Source: Candidatus Latescibacterota bacterium (GTDB taxonomy: Bacteria > Latescibacterota > CBDEFO01). From it: a stretch of 64,000 nucleotides of DNA. The DNA lies in contig OZ252149.1 in assembly GCA_965248755.1 (NCBI GenBank), forward strand, positions 2,066,295 to 2,130,294. The letters run 5' to 3'. Each line of letters opens with the position of its first letter. The first letter of the stretch is position 1. Both the position numbers and the translations under genes were made by a program. Below the pieces are notes generated by a model. The model made no database searches. It was not told the DNA's origin and saw only the letters and a list, made by a program, of their open reading frames with translations. Positions 50,475 to 60,494 of the stretch are shown here, piece by piece.

Positions 50475-52616
50475 GTGATAAAAATGTCTTGGTGTGCAAG
50501 AATGGGTAGTATTTTATGTAAGCTGGCAGGGTTGATTCTGCTTGCTTTGATGGTCACCGCCATCTTTTTAGATGACGCCACCTGTGCGACTATCTACAGG
50601 ATCGGAAAGCCCTTTTCGGATGCAGAAAGGACCAGTCTCGAGGGGATAGGGATTGAGGTCCAGCAGTTCAGCTGGGAAGTTTATGAGTCGGTGAAGAACC
50701 TGGATGTGGACTCTCTGAAGGCGGCACATGGCGGCTCAATTGAACCCAAGTTTATCAGGCCGGGTGAGAGCATAGCCGCAACGGCTCTGGACAGAGGAGG
50801 ATGGATAGCCGAAGGTACCCAAGACGATGAGAGGCTAAGCTTCAAAGAGGGATATGAAATCGAAGGCAACGTTGCGAATAACATGATAGACGGGGATCCG
50901 ACCACGGCTTTTGTGTGGCCTAGGCCGGCGCCCCCGGGTTGGAAAAGAAACGGCGGAAGATGTCATAAAGCGCCTCACCGGATAGTTATTAACTTAGGCG
51001 GACAATTTGTCGTCGACAAAGTAAGATTCTACCCTCGTGAAGGAATATCCCCTGATGGTGAGGAATATAAGACTCACTTCATAGAGGACTACCAATTGGG
51101 TACCAGTCAAGGCCGCAGGCCGCAGGATTTCGTCGAGACCTACTTGTGTCGAGGATCAGCTTTCATCCCGAGCTTCCGACAGTTTGCCCAGTACACTCAC
51201 CCAGGAACCGATCTTGACCAATCTGGAGGTCCATCTGGCAAAAGTGAAGACCATGATGATGTTGAAAATATATTTACTGAAGTTATAATACCGCTTGACC
51301 CTCCGGAGAAAATCTCTTATGTCGCGTTGTTGATCTGGCTCCCAATTGTGAAGACGATAGAGATCGCCGAGTTTGAGGTCTTTGGGCCGGAGGGCTTTAT
51401 AGAAGAAGCCGCTTATATAGCTGACGTAATTGAGTTGGACGACATCGCCAGTTTCGGCGAGCTCACCTGGTCAGGGAGTCGTGATCCCAGGGCGGAGGCC
51501 AATATCCGAACCAGGAGCGGGACAGATCCTCAGCCGATTGTTTACTGGATACTCAAAGGTCAGCTGCGAACGCAGGTAGTTTTGCCTTCGACCAATGAGG
51601 AAGGAGAAGAGCTCAGCTTAGAGGAGTACAGAAGTGCTTTCTACAAACTCCCGGAAAATGTTTGGGCTGACTCGACTTACGATACGGAAAACTGGAGCTT
51701 CTGGTCTGCTCCTTACAAGTTTGAAAGTCCGGGAGCACCTATCGTCTCTCCTGGTCCCCGCAAATTCCTTCAGATCGGCGTGGATTTTGCCTCCGAAGTT
51801 AACGATGGCAGCCGGATCGAGTATTTACAGTTTAAGGCCTCTGTGCCTCCTGCGGCTCGAGAGATAGTAGGTGAGATCTTCCCTACAGAAGTCGAGATAG
51901 GGAAGGTAACACACAAGTTCAGCTATTTTGTCAAGGCAACGATGACAGCTGTGGATAAAGGATTCGACACCTTGGAGATCACCACACCTTATGGGGTTAG
52001 TTCGGTCGATTCGCTAAGTGTAGATGGAATCAATCAGGACGGTTTCACCTGGGTGAAAAAGGCCGACGATTCTGGCTTTGAGGTCACATTACCCAGGAAG
52101 TTGGATACAGGAGACAGCGGAGTCATAGTTGAAGTGGTCTTCCAAGCTCCTGTTTTGAGGGAGCGCGGGACCTTTTTTGACGGCAGTGTGTTCGACAGCG
52201 CACAGCCTCACGAAGTTCATCAGAAGATCAAGGCTGGCAACGTGGCAGATGAGATCGAAAGCGATGTCCTTACGGTGATAACGTCTTTGGCCGAATCGAT
52301 ATTGTCCTCACCAGAGGTCTCTCCAAATCCCTTTACACCGAATGGCGACGGTGTCAATGATGTACTGAACCTATCTTATACCATTTTGAGGCTGACTGCC
52401 CCTGTTCCTGTCTCAATCGATATATACGATCTTTCCGGTGTCTTTATAAAGACAGTCTATTCTGGGAACGACTCCGTAGGACAATACCCCCGGCAATGGG
52501 ATGGTAGAGACAGCGAGGATAATCTTGTTCCACCCGGGATATATGTGTATCGCGTATCGGTAGAGGCTCAGGAAGGGGAGGAGACGGCGACAGGGACTGT
52601 CTCTGTCGCCTATTAA
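50475..52616 (+). CDS. secreted protein with a discoidin/F5-8-type-C-like domain and a T9SS type B (CHU_C) C-terminal sorting domain
   Basis: Signal anchor. The C-terminus NPFTPNGDGVNDVLNLSY...IDIYDLSGVFIKTVY...WDGRD...PPGIYVYRVSV matches the type B CTD. Confidence 0.7.
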   Translation: MIKMSWCARMGSILCKLAGLILLALMVTAIFLDDATCATIYRIGKPFSDAERTSLEGIGIEVQQFSWEVYESVKNLDVDSLKAAHGGSIEPKFIRPGESIAATALDRGGWIAEGTQDDERLSFKEGYEIEGNVANNMIDGDPTTAFVWPRPAPPGWKRNGGRCHKAPHRIVINLGGQFVVDKVRFYPREGISPDGEEYKTHFIEDYQLGTSQGRRPQDFVETYLCRGSAFIPSFRQFAQYTHPGTDLDQSGGPSGKSEDHDDVENIFTEVIIPLDPPEKISYVALLIWLPIVKTIEIAEFEVFGPEGFIEEAAYIADVIELDDIASFGELTWSGSRDPRAEANIRTRSGTDPQPIVYWILKGQLRTQVVLPSTNEEGEELSLEEYRSAFYKLPENVWADSTYDTENWSFWSAPYKFESPGAPIVSPGPRKFLQIGVDFASEVNDGSRIEYLQFKASVPPAAREIVGEIFPTEVEIGKVTHKFSYFVKATMTAVDKGFDTLEITTPYGVSSVDSLSVDGINQDGFTWVKKADDSGFEVTLPRKLDTGDSGVIVEVVFQAPVLRERGTFFDGSVFDSAQPHEVHQKIKAGNVADEIESDVLTVITSLAESILSSPEVSPNPFTPNGDGVNDVLNLSYTILRLTAPVPVSIDIYDLSGVFIKTVYSGNDSVGQYPRQWDGRDSEDNLVPPGIYVYRVSVEAQEGEETATGTVSVAY

Positions 52617-52815
52617 TTACACTATTACCGGTGGTCAAGCAAGAATTCCCCCGTTCAAAGTGTTAAGGATTCGTTATATCAGCAGAAATTAGATAGATAG
52701 CAGTATCCAAATCAGGTGTATGTTAGTGAAAGATTGCATAAAGGATTCATGTCAGCCAGCTCTTTATGAAGTTCTGTCAATCAATAAAGGGCAAACTAAT
52801 TAACATTCTTAGTGG

Positions 52816-54948
52816 GTGATGACAATGTCCTGGTTTACAAGAAATAGCAGTGTTCTATCAAAGCTGACAGGATTGATTCTTCTTGCTTTGGTAGTCATCA
52901 GTATCTTTTCAGATGAAGCCACCTGTGCGACTATCTACAGGATCGGAAGGCCGTTTTCACAAGCAGAGAGAGACAGTCTCGAGAGGATAGGGATTGAGGT
53001 CCAGCAGTTCAGCTGGGAAGTTTATGAGTCGGTGCAGAGTCTCGATGTGGACTCTCTGAAAGCGGCGGATGGCGGCTCAATTGAACCCAAGTTTATCAGG
53101 GAGGGTGAGAGCATAGCCGCAACGGCTCTGGACAGAGGAGGATGGATAGCCGAAGGTACCCAATCCGATGAGACGCTAGGCACCCTTGAGAGATATAAAA
53201 TCCAAGGCAACATTGGGAACAACATGATAGATGGGGATCCGACCACGGCTTTTGTGTGGCCTTGGCCGCCGCCCCCGGGGGAGCAAAGAGGCGGCGCAAG
53301 ATGTCATAATGCGCCTCACCGGATAGTTATTTACTTAGGCGGACTATTTGTCGTCGATAAAGTAAGATTCTACACTCGTGAAGGAATATCCCCTGAGGGT
53401 GAGGAATATGAGACTCACTTCATAGAGGACTATGAATTGGGTACCAGCCTTGGCCGCAGGCCGCAGGATTTCTTCGAGAGCTACTTGTGTCGAGGATCAG
53501 CTTACATCCCGAGCTTCCGACAGTTTGCCAAGTACACTCTCTCACGCACTAATACGCATGAGCCGATTGAAAATATATTTTCTGAAGTTATAATACCGCT
53601 TGATCCTCCGGAGAAAATCTCTTATGTCGCGTTGTTGATCTATACCCCAAATTTGAAGACGATAGAGATCGCCGAGTTTGAGGTCTTAGGCTTACGAGAG
53701 AGCTTTATAGAAGAATCCGCTTATATAGCTGACATAATTGAGTTGGACGACATCGCCAGTTTCGGCGAGATCACCTGGTCGGGGAGTCGTGATCCCAGGG
53801 CGGAGGCTAATATCCGAACCAGGAGCGGGACAGATCCTCAGCCGATTGTTTACTCGATACTCAAAGGTCCGCTGCTAACGCAGGTAGTTTTGCCTTCGAC
53901 CGATCAGAAAGGAGAAGAGCTCAGCTTAGAGGAGTACAGAAGTGACTTCTACAAACTCCCGGATAATGTTCGGGCTGACTCGACTTACGATACGGAAAAC
54001 TGGAGCTTCTGGTCTGCTCCTTACAAGTTTGAAAGTCCGGGAGCACCTATCGTCTCTCCTGGTCCCCGCAAATTCTTTCAGATCGGCGTGGATTTTGCCT
54101 CCGAAGTTAACGATGGCAGCCGGATCGAGTATTTACAGTTTAAGGCCTCTGTGCCTCCTGCGGCGCGAGAGATAGTTGGTGAGATCTTCCCTGCGGAAGT
54201 CGAGATAGGGAAGGTAACACACAAGTTCAGCTATTTTGTCAAGGCAACGATGACAGCTGTGGATAAAGGATTCGACAGTGTTGAGATCACCACACCTTAT
54301 AGGTTTAGTTCGGTGGATTCGCTAAGAGTAGATGGCATCAATCAGGACGGTTTCGACTTGAAGGTAAAGGAGGACAGCTTAGGCTTTGAGGTCACATTAC
54401 CTACGGATCCGGAAACTGGACTTCCTAGGAAGTTGGATACAGGAGATAGCGGAGTCATAGTTGAAGTGGTCTTCCAAGCTCCTGTTTTGAGGGAGCGCGG
54501 GACCTTTTTTGACGGCAGGGTGTTCGTCAAGGCAGAGCCTCACGAAGTTCGTCAGAGGATCAAGCCTGGCAACGTTGCAGATGAGATCGAAAGCGATGTC
54601 CTTACCGTGATAACGTCTTTGGCCGAATCGATATTGTCCTCTCCCCAGGTCTCTCCAAATCCCTTTACACCCAATGGCGATGGGGTCAATGACCTATTGA
54701 ACATATCTTATGCTATTCTGAGGTTGACTGCCCCTGTTCCTGTCTCAATCGATATATACGATCTTTCCGGTGACTTTATAAAGACAGTCTATTCTGGGAA
54801 CGACTCCGTAGGACAATATATCCGGCATTGGGATGGGGGAGACAATAAGGATAATCTTGTTCCACCCGGGATATATGTGTATCGCGTATCGGTAGAGGCT
54901 CAGGAAGGGGAGGAGACGGCGACAGGGACTATCTCTGTTGTCTATTAA
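52816..54948 (+). CDS. tandem paralog of 50475..52616 (roughly 85% identical by eye), T9SS type B CTD
   Basis: Collinear with the upstream gene, including conserved 3-prime flanking sequence. The tandem duplication unit is about 2.34 kb. Confidence 0.7.
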   Translation: MMTMSWFTRNSSVLSKLTGLILLALVVISIFSDEATCATIYRIGRPFSQAERDSLERIGIEVQQFSWEVYESVQSLDVDSLKAADGGSIEPKFIREGESIAATALDRGGWIAEGTQSDETLGTLERYKIQGNIGNNMIDGDPTTAFVWPWPPPPGEQRGGARCHNAPHRIVIYLGGLFVVDKVRFYTREGISPEGEEYETHFIEDYELGTSLGRRPQDFFESYLCRGSAYIPSFRQFAKYTLSRTNTHEPIENIFSEVIIPLDPPEKISYVALLIYTPNLKTIEIAEFEVLGLRESFIEESAYIADIIELDDIASFGEITWSGSRDPRAEANIRTRSGTDPQPIVYSILKGPLLTQVVLPSTDQKGEELSLEEYRSDFYKLPDNVRADSTYDTENWSFWSAPYKFESPGAPIVSPGPRKFFQIGVDFASEVNDGSRIEYLQFKASVPPAAREIVGEIFPAEVEIGKVTHKFSYFVKATMTAVDKGFDSVEITTPYRFSSVDSLRVDGINQDGFDLKVKEDSLGFEVTLPTDPETGLPRKLDTGDSGVIVEVVFQAPVLRERGTFFDGRVFVKAEPHEVRQRIKPGNVADEIESDVLTVITSLAESILSSPQVSPNPFTPNGDGVNDLLNISYAILRLTAPVPVSIDIYDLSGDFIKTVYSGNDSVGQYIRHWDGGDNKDNLVPPGIYVYRVSVEAQEGEETATGTISVVY

Positions 54949-55230
54949 TTGCACTATTACCGGTGGTCACGCAAAACTTACCCCCTTCAAAGTGTTAAGG
55001 ATTCGTTATATCCACAGAAATTGGATAGATAGCAGTATCCAAATCAGGTGTATGTTAGTCTAATTTTGCATAAACGGTTTATGGGAACTAACTCTTATGG
55101 GAGAAAATTACTCTATAACGGATCGTAGTTCATCGTATACTCCCCAACGGATGAGGAGGTGGAGCAAAGTATCGGGGATTAGTGGTTATTCCACAACAGT
55201 TAATATCAATCCTAAAGGGGAATTCTGAAA

Positions 55231-57372
55231 ATGAGATTTGTAGTCTCATGTACTATTCTGATTATGTCGGTTGCTCTGAACGCTTCTGCATATACTCAAG
55301 AGAACTTGTTGGTAAACAGTGACTTGCGCCAAGGAGAGCCCGGCGAGAATAATTTCGGCTGGGTGATGGATTTGGCCAAGGACCAGAAGAGTGAATGCAC
55401 CGTTGTCAACGGTCGCAGGCCCGGAAGTCGGGCTATACGCATCTACAACGACGAACTGGGCGAATCTTACATCATACAAGAGATCGCCGTTCGACCCTGG
55501 CGCTGGTACGTAGCGGAGGTGTGGGTCAACAGCGAGGGGATGCGTAACCTCGGTTTTGCCCCGTACCTTATGCTGCAGGGAGGCCGCGGTGTGAGCGGAA
55601 GACATAATTTTGATGACGCATGGGAATTGCCGAAGGCGGGTTGGCACCAGCTGCGATTGATCGAACACACAACTGATTCAGATCGTCTGACATTGAAGTT
55701 AGGAGGCCAAGGCTGGAGCGGTGAGATGCTATTCACTGAACCAGTGGTCCGCGAATCCAGCATGCTTGAGGCCACCCGGGCGCTCTGGCAGACTCATCAT
55801 CCGGCACCTACCCCTTACGAGCACCACCTTATCCCTTGGGAGCCTAAAGGCGATCAGGGTCCGCGTGGGTACGCCTTCCACAAACGCAACTTCGCCAGGG
55901 TGGCTCGCAACTATCCTAACTCTTTCGAAATCTGGGGTCGCTTTAACCCAAGCCCAGACCCGGAGGGACGTATCTCGTTGTGGCTGCCGCCTGGCAAGTG
56001 CGAGATGGTGATCGACAGCGACCTGGAAGCGGGCGAGTTGGCAGTCGGATATGTCCAGTACGAATGGCACGGTGGTTCTCAGCTCCCGATGCCGATCTAC
56101 TTCCAGGGGGTCGAGCCGCCGCAGGTAACCCCTCCGAAAAGAGCGGTCACGATGATCACCGTGGCTCCGGAGACTTTCAACAACTGGGAAGGTGGACGAG
56201 GGGCCATGGTGCGCGACTTAAAACGCTTCGGCTTCACCCGTATGGAAGTATGGGGACGCAGTGATGTTCGACCGTATTACGCCGAGGGGATATCCAGCGC
56301 CAACCAATGGTCACCGAACTGGGACTTCGATGCCGAAAAGTACCCCGATGCCCGCGGGGTTAGCCTGAATGGAAAACACGCTAAACTGATGTGCCCATCC
56401 TACCGAGGTCCAGCTTTCACCCTTCAACTCGCCAACGCTAAAGAATCTTCCCGCTACGCCTCCGCCCTGTCCCTGGACGACGAGTGGTACGCCATGAGAG
56501 GCAGCCAAAGTCCGACGATATGCTTCGGCGACCGCTGTATGGAACGTTGGAATGGGTGGGTCTCTGAACATAAACCCGAGCTGGAGAAGGTGAGTCCGAA
56601 GATCTTCGCCAGGCAGCCGCACAAATATCCCGGGCACTACGATGCGTGGCTTCTTTTCCGCGGTTACCTGGTCGCCGAGAAATATGCTCTGATCCGGCAA
56701 GCGTTCTTTGAAGCCCTCAAGGAGACCCAGGTGAAAACGACTCCGTATCCGTGGGTGCAGGCTTACATAGGCGGCGGGCCAGTCATCGGCCTGCATTCAA
56801 ACAAGTCTCTGGCAGAGGCTCTGGATTATGTCGCTAACATGGACTACTCAAGCGCGCGCGTATTGCGGGAGAACGTTGCCAGATTGGCGCCCCAGACCGG
56901 CAAGAAACTCTTATTCACTATCTCGCCGGGATACCTGGGAAGCCCACCTGGTGACGCGCGCTCCCAGGTACTCGAAGTAGTCATGGGTGGTTCACAAGGA
57001 GTCCACGTCTGGTGCTATCACATAGGGACTGACACCGGTCACATGGTAGATATGGCCGAGGCCATCAAGATGTTCTCCCCCGTGGAAGACATAATCCTGG
57101 ACGGCGCGGTTCAGGCCGGCTACACGAGCGACACAAACTCGGTGAACCTGTTGGCCAGAGTGAAAGACGACGAAAGCGTCTTGCTCGTGTCGGACTACTC
57201 ACCGAACCCCGGCCGCATGAAGGTGTCGGTGCCCGGCGAGGCGGAGTTGGAAGTCACCGACCTGTTCACCGACCAAGTCGTCGCACGCCTGGACGCAAAG
57301 GAACGATCGTTCGCGACAACCCTGAAGCGGACCTTCACAGCAAGGCTGTACCACTTGCAGTCCACAAAGTGA
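55231..57372 (+). CDS. secreted protein: N-terminal CBM4_9-like carbohydrate-binding domain plus an uncharacterised C-terminal domain of about 540 aa (paralog 1)
   Basis: Signal peptide. NLLVNSDLRQGEPGENNFGW...RPWRWYVAEVWV resembles the CBM_4_9 pattern (nlv.NgdFE.g..gW ... Y.lsaWvk). Confidence 0.55.
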   Translation: MRFVVSCTILIMSVALNASAYTQENLLVNSDLRQGEPGENNFGWVMDLAKDQKSECTVVNGRRPGSRAIRIYNDELGESYIIQEIAVRPWRWYVAEVWVNSEGMRNLGFAPYLMLQGGRGVSGRHNFDDAWELPKAGWHQLRLIEHTTDSDRLTLKLGGQGWSGEMLFTEPVVRESSMLEATRALWQTHHPAPTPYEHHLIPWEPKGDQGPRGYAFHKRNFARVARNYPNSFEIWGRFNPSPDPEGRISLWLPPGKCEMVIDSDLEAGELAVGYVQYEWHGGSQLPMPIYFQGVEPPQVTPPKRAVTMITVAPETFNNWEGGRGAMVRDLKRFGFTRMEVWGRSDVRPYYAEGISSANQWSPNWDFDAEKYPDARGVSLNGKHAKLMCPSYRGPAFTLQLANAKESSRYASALSLDDEWYAMRGSQSPTICFGDRCMERWNGWVSEHKPELEKVSPKIFARQPHKYPGHYDAWLLFRGYLVAEKYALIRQAFFEALKETQVKTTPYPWVQAYIGGGPVIGLHSNKSLAEALDYVANMDYSSARVLRENVARLAPQTGKKLLFTISPGYLGSPPGDARSQVLEVVMGGSQGVHVWCYHIGTDTGHMVDMAEAIKMFSPVEDIILDGAVQAGYTSDTNSVNLLARVKDDESVLLVSDYSPNPGRMKVSVPGEAELEVTDLFTDQVVARLDAKERSFATTLKRTFTARLYHLQSTK

Positions 57373-57448
57373 ACTCTAGAAAATCTGGGAGACCTTTAGG
57401 TGAATGGCGTTGCCAACAGTGACCCAAGCGCTCGCAGGCAATTTTGGT

Positions 57449-57907
57449 ATGAATAGCGTTGTTGAGGAGATCTATATTGCCCCCAATGGCGGCGACCCGA
57501 TGGAAAGGGTGGAGCAGATTGAAGCCGTGGTCGACTGTGGCCTCTATGGGGATCGCTATATGAGACGGACGGGATACTGGTCTGGGGTCGATGAATGCCA
57601 GGTTACTTTGATCGAAAAGGAAGATATCGAATCGATTAGGAAGGAGAGCGATATTCAGATTGCCAACGGTCAACACCGACGCAACATTGTCACGCAGTGT
57701 GTTCGCCTTGAGAAGCTGAGGGGTAAGCAATTTGCCGTCGGAGAGGCCGTACTGGAATATGATTGTCCCCGCCCACCGTGCAGCTACATTCAGGGGATTA
57801 CCCAGAAAGGAATGACGAAAGCCCTGGGACGGACGCGAGGCGGTATCTGTGCCCGTGTAGTGAAGTCCGGAGTCATACGAGTAGGGGACTCCATTCAAGT
57901 ACTTTAA
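57449..57907 (+). CDS. MOSC-domain protein
   Basis: GLYGDRYMRRTGYWSG...QVTLIEKEDIE...RRNIVTQ...FAVGEAVLEYDCPRPPCSYI...GGICARVVKSGVIRVGDSI. Confidence 0.65.
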   Translation: MNSVVEEIYIAPNGGDPMERVEQIEAVVDCGLYGDRYMRRTGYWSGVDECQVTLIEKEDIESIRKESDIQIANGQHRRNIVTQCVRLEKLRGKQFAVGEAVLEYDCPRPPCSYIQGITQKGMTKALGRTRGGICARVVKSGVIRVGDSIQVL

Positions 57908-58379
57908 GCAGTCTTGTGCAATTATTTACTGCAAGCCTGCACAAAAAATGAAATCGTGTCCAGATCGAAGGCCCGCCTGGTGATAGAACCCTCAGTAGTA
58001 AGCCTGACCTCCCAATTCGAAGCATCCCTTATCTGGCCCGCAGTCCTCCGTGCACACAGAGTCGTTATCAGGGCCGACTACCAGCATCGTCTTGAGACAC
58101 CAATATTGAGTTTCCGGACTCGTCTCTGTCAGGTACAGGGGCGACCTTTCTGCCGGAACGTATGACGCCTTCGCCCTGAGATACTGGCATATTGCTTGCA
58201 CCATTGCTACTTCCTTCGGCACTATCAAGCTTTCAAAGCAGACAAGATAGCATGTCTGAGCAACGTCTTGGCCAAGTTCACCTTGTTGGCGTGGTCCTCG
58301 CCGTTCTGGGTGGACGCGGGGTAGGAGTATGCGCGCACAGGAAATAACATGACTGAATTGGAAATCTATCACGTTGATG

Positions 58380-58620
58380 TTCAGGGCTTACCGATTCTCG
58401 ACGACATGCATGACCACGATCAGCCGCTGGAAGTGCGTATCAACGGCATCCCCTGCTCATGGCCGGGACTAGCCGAACACGTTAAAGCGTCAGGATGAGA
58501 AAGAGCCTCAGCCGCGCCGGCACGTCTATGACGTATCCCCGGAGGCCCTGAGCGACGGCTACAACCTGTCGAGGTGAGCGCCAAGCACATGATCACGTGG
58601 GTAGAGATCTCGGTGCGATA
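58380..58620 (+). pseudogene. degraded 3-prime fragment of the glycoside-hydrolase-like gene (copy of the end of 58783..60366)
   Basis: Aligns with 60128..60366, including the terminal GATCACGTGGGTAGAGATCTCGGTGCGATAG, but with indels and stops. Confidence 0.55.
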
Positions 58621-58782
58621 GGTTTCATGGATACGCGGGGAAGCTTCCATAGGCGGGCGATCTCCGCTAGAGCTTCAGTTGTTGGGATGGGTTTGCGGAA
58701 AGTCCTGTCCTCGAATGACTCTATCGGGGGATGGATTTTCAAACGTAATCGGCGTTCGTTTAGAGAGAAAGAGGAGTTGGCC

Positions 58783-60366
58783 ATGAAGAGTGTCTGGATG
58801 GGGATGTTGATTCTGGGTCTGGCCGGTGTTTCCGCCTCCGACAATGACGGCAACCTGCTTGCAAACAGTGATTCCAAAGGAGAAGCCAACATGAATGATG
58901 CTAATGCTGCCCGAGGGAAGGTCATCTACAACCTGGACTGCACTCAGTTCTTTATGGGGTCGTTCGGTCCCATTGTCCCCGAGACGATCGACAAGTTCGT
59001 GGACACGCACGCTGCTCTCGGAGTCACGGATCTCTTCATCAACGTCAACGCAAAGCGCACCAACTACCGGAGCGATGTATGGGAATCATATTGGGACGGC
59101 TACGATCCGAGCGTCGGCGACGACCAGGCGTTCTTCGCGGGACTTGACCCGAAACGCAGGTTCGAGACGGGGTTGTTCAAGAACATGCTGGCGCTTCACG
59201 AGCAGGGATGCGACTACCCGAAGAGAATGATCGACCGTGCGAGGCGAAATCGAGTAAAGGGGTGGATCTCGCTGCGAATGAACGACGACCACAACCCCCA
59301 TCTCGCGGATCATCCGGCCCACAGCACGATCTGGAAGTCACATCCGGAATGGCGCCTTGCATATGGCCTGGACTACGAACAGCCCGAGGTGCGTGAGCAC
59401 TATATGAAACTCGTCCGGGAGGTGTGTTCTCGCTACGACCTGGACGGTCTGGAACTGGATTTTCTGCGTTTCTGGCTCTACTTTCGCGCCGGACGCGAGC
59501 ACGAAGGTGCGAAGCTAATGACAGCTTTTGTGGAGCAGGCGCGGCAGGCGACAGAAGAAGCCGCGAAGCGATTGGGGCATCCCGTCGAACTCGCCGTGCG
59601 CGTACCGACAACTCCGTGGATCGCCCGCAGGCACGGATTGGATGCGATCGCCTGGGCTAAGAGAGGGCTAGTGGACCTGATTGTGGTCGGATCGTTTTGG
59701 TTCTCCGTCGATAGTGACATGCCTATCGAGACCTGGAAAGGTCTGCTCATCGGTACGGACGTTGCCGTCGCAGTGCATCTGGAAGACGGGATCAATTCGG
59801 GCGACAGCGGTCGTCATACGATGACGCATGAGGAGATGCGCGGGGTATTGGTGAGCGCTCTGCACCGCGGGGCCGACGCGGTATACTTCTTCAATCTCTT
59901 TACGGGACCGCATCAGCGCTGGCCGCGTGAGGATCATGACCGGCTGCTGAGGGACGCAGGGTCCTATGCAGAGCTTCGCGCTGGGCCGCGGCGGCATGCG
60001 ATCACCATCATGAACCCCTGGGCGGAGGGTGAGCCGGGTGAAGCCAGGTCGCTCCCTTACGCCGGCATGCACGGTGTCTTCCGCCTTCACATCGGACCGA
60101 AGCCACTCTCACAACAGAACGCCCGGATTGAGCTGGTGGCGCCGGAACACGATCAGCCGCTGGAGGTACGTCTCAATGGCATCCCCTGTAAATGGTCAGG
60201 CCTTGTCGAAGCCGAACACGTTAAAGCGTCAGGATGGAAAGAGCCTGAACCGCGCCGACACATCTATGACGTGCTCCCGGAGGCCCTGAGCGACGGGTAC
60301 AATCTGATCGAAGTGACCTCCGAGGAAGATGTCAAGATCACGTGGGTAGAGATCTCGGTGCGATAG
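58783..60366 (+). CDS. secreted putative TIM-barrel glycoside-hydrolase-like protein
   Basis: Signal peptide MKSVWMGMLILGLAGVSA with a GAGGAG RBS. GH-like motifs (GLELDFLRF). The ORF-track extension to 58597 is non-coding leader. Confidence 0.45.
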   Translation: MKSVWMGMLILGLAGVSASDNDGNLLANSDSKGEANMNDANAARGKVIYNLDCTQFFMGSFGPIVPETIDKFVDTHAALGVTDLFINVNAKRTNYRSDVWESYWDGYDPSVGDDQAFFAGLDPKRRFETGLFKNMLALHEQGCDYPKRMIDRARRNRVKGWISLRMNDDHNPHLADHPAHSTIWKSHPEWRLAYGLDYEQPEVREHYMKLVREVCSRYDLDGLELDFLRFWLYFRAGREHEGAKLMTAFVEQARQATEEAAKRLGHPVELAVRVPTTPWIARRHGLDAIAWAKRGLVDLIVVGSFWFSVDSDMPIETWKGLLIGTDVAVAVHLEDGINSGDSGRHTMTHEEMRGVLVSALHRGADAVYFFNLFTGPHQRWPREDHDRLLRDAGSYAELRAGPRRHAITIMNPWAEGEPGEARSLPYAGMHGVFRLHIGPKPLSQQNARIELVAPEHDQPLEVRLNGIPCKWSGLVEAEHVKASGWKEPEPRRHIYDVLPEALSDGYNLIEVTSEEDVKITWVEISVR

Positions 60367-60494
60367 GTTTCATGCATACGCGGGGAAGCCTTGATAGGGG
60401 GGCGATCTCCGCTAGAGCTTCAGTTGTTGGGATGGGTTTGCGGAAAGTATGGATTTTCAAACGTAACCGGCATTTATGAAAGGAGAAAGAGCAC

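Noticed and set aside
58675-60090. Multiple overlapping ORFs inside the GH-like gene (59086..59322, 59177..59611, 59478..59795, 59668..60090 and others)
   Set aside because: Off-frame or antisense to the 58783..60366 coding frame, which has a signal peptide, an RBS and paralogous fragments elsewhere. Region GC is high, which inflates spurious ORFs.
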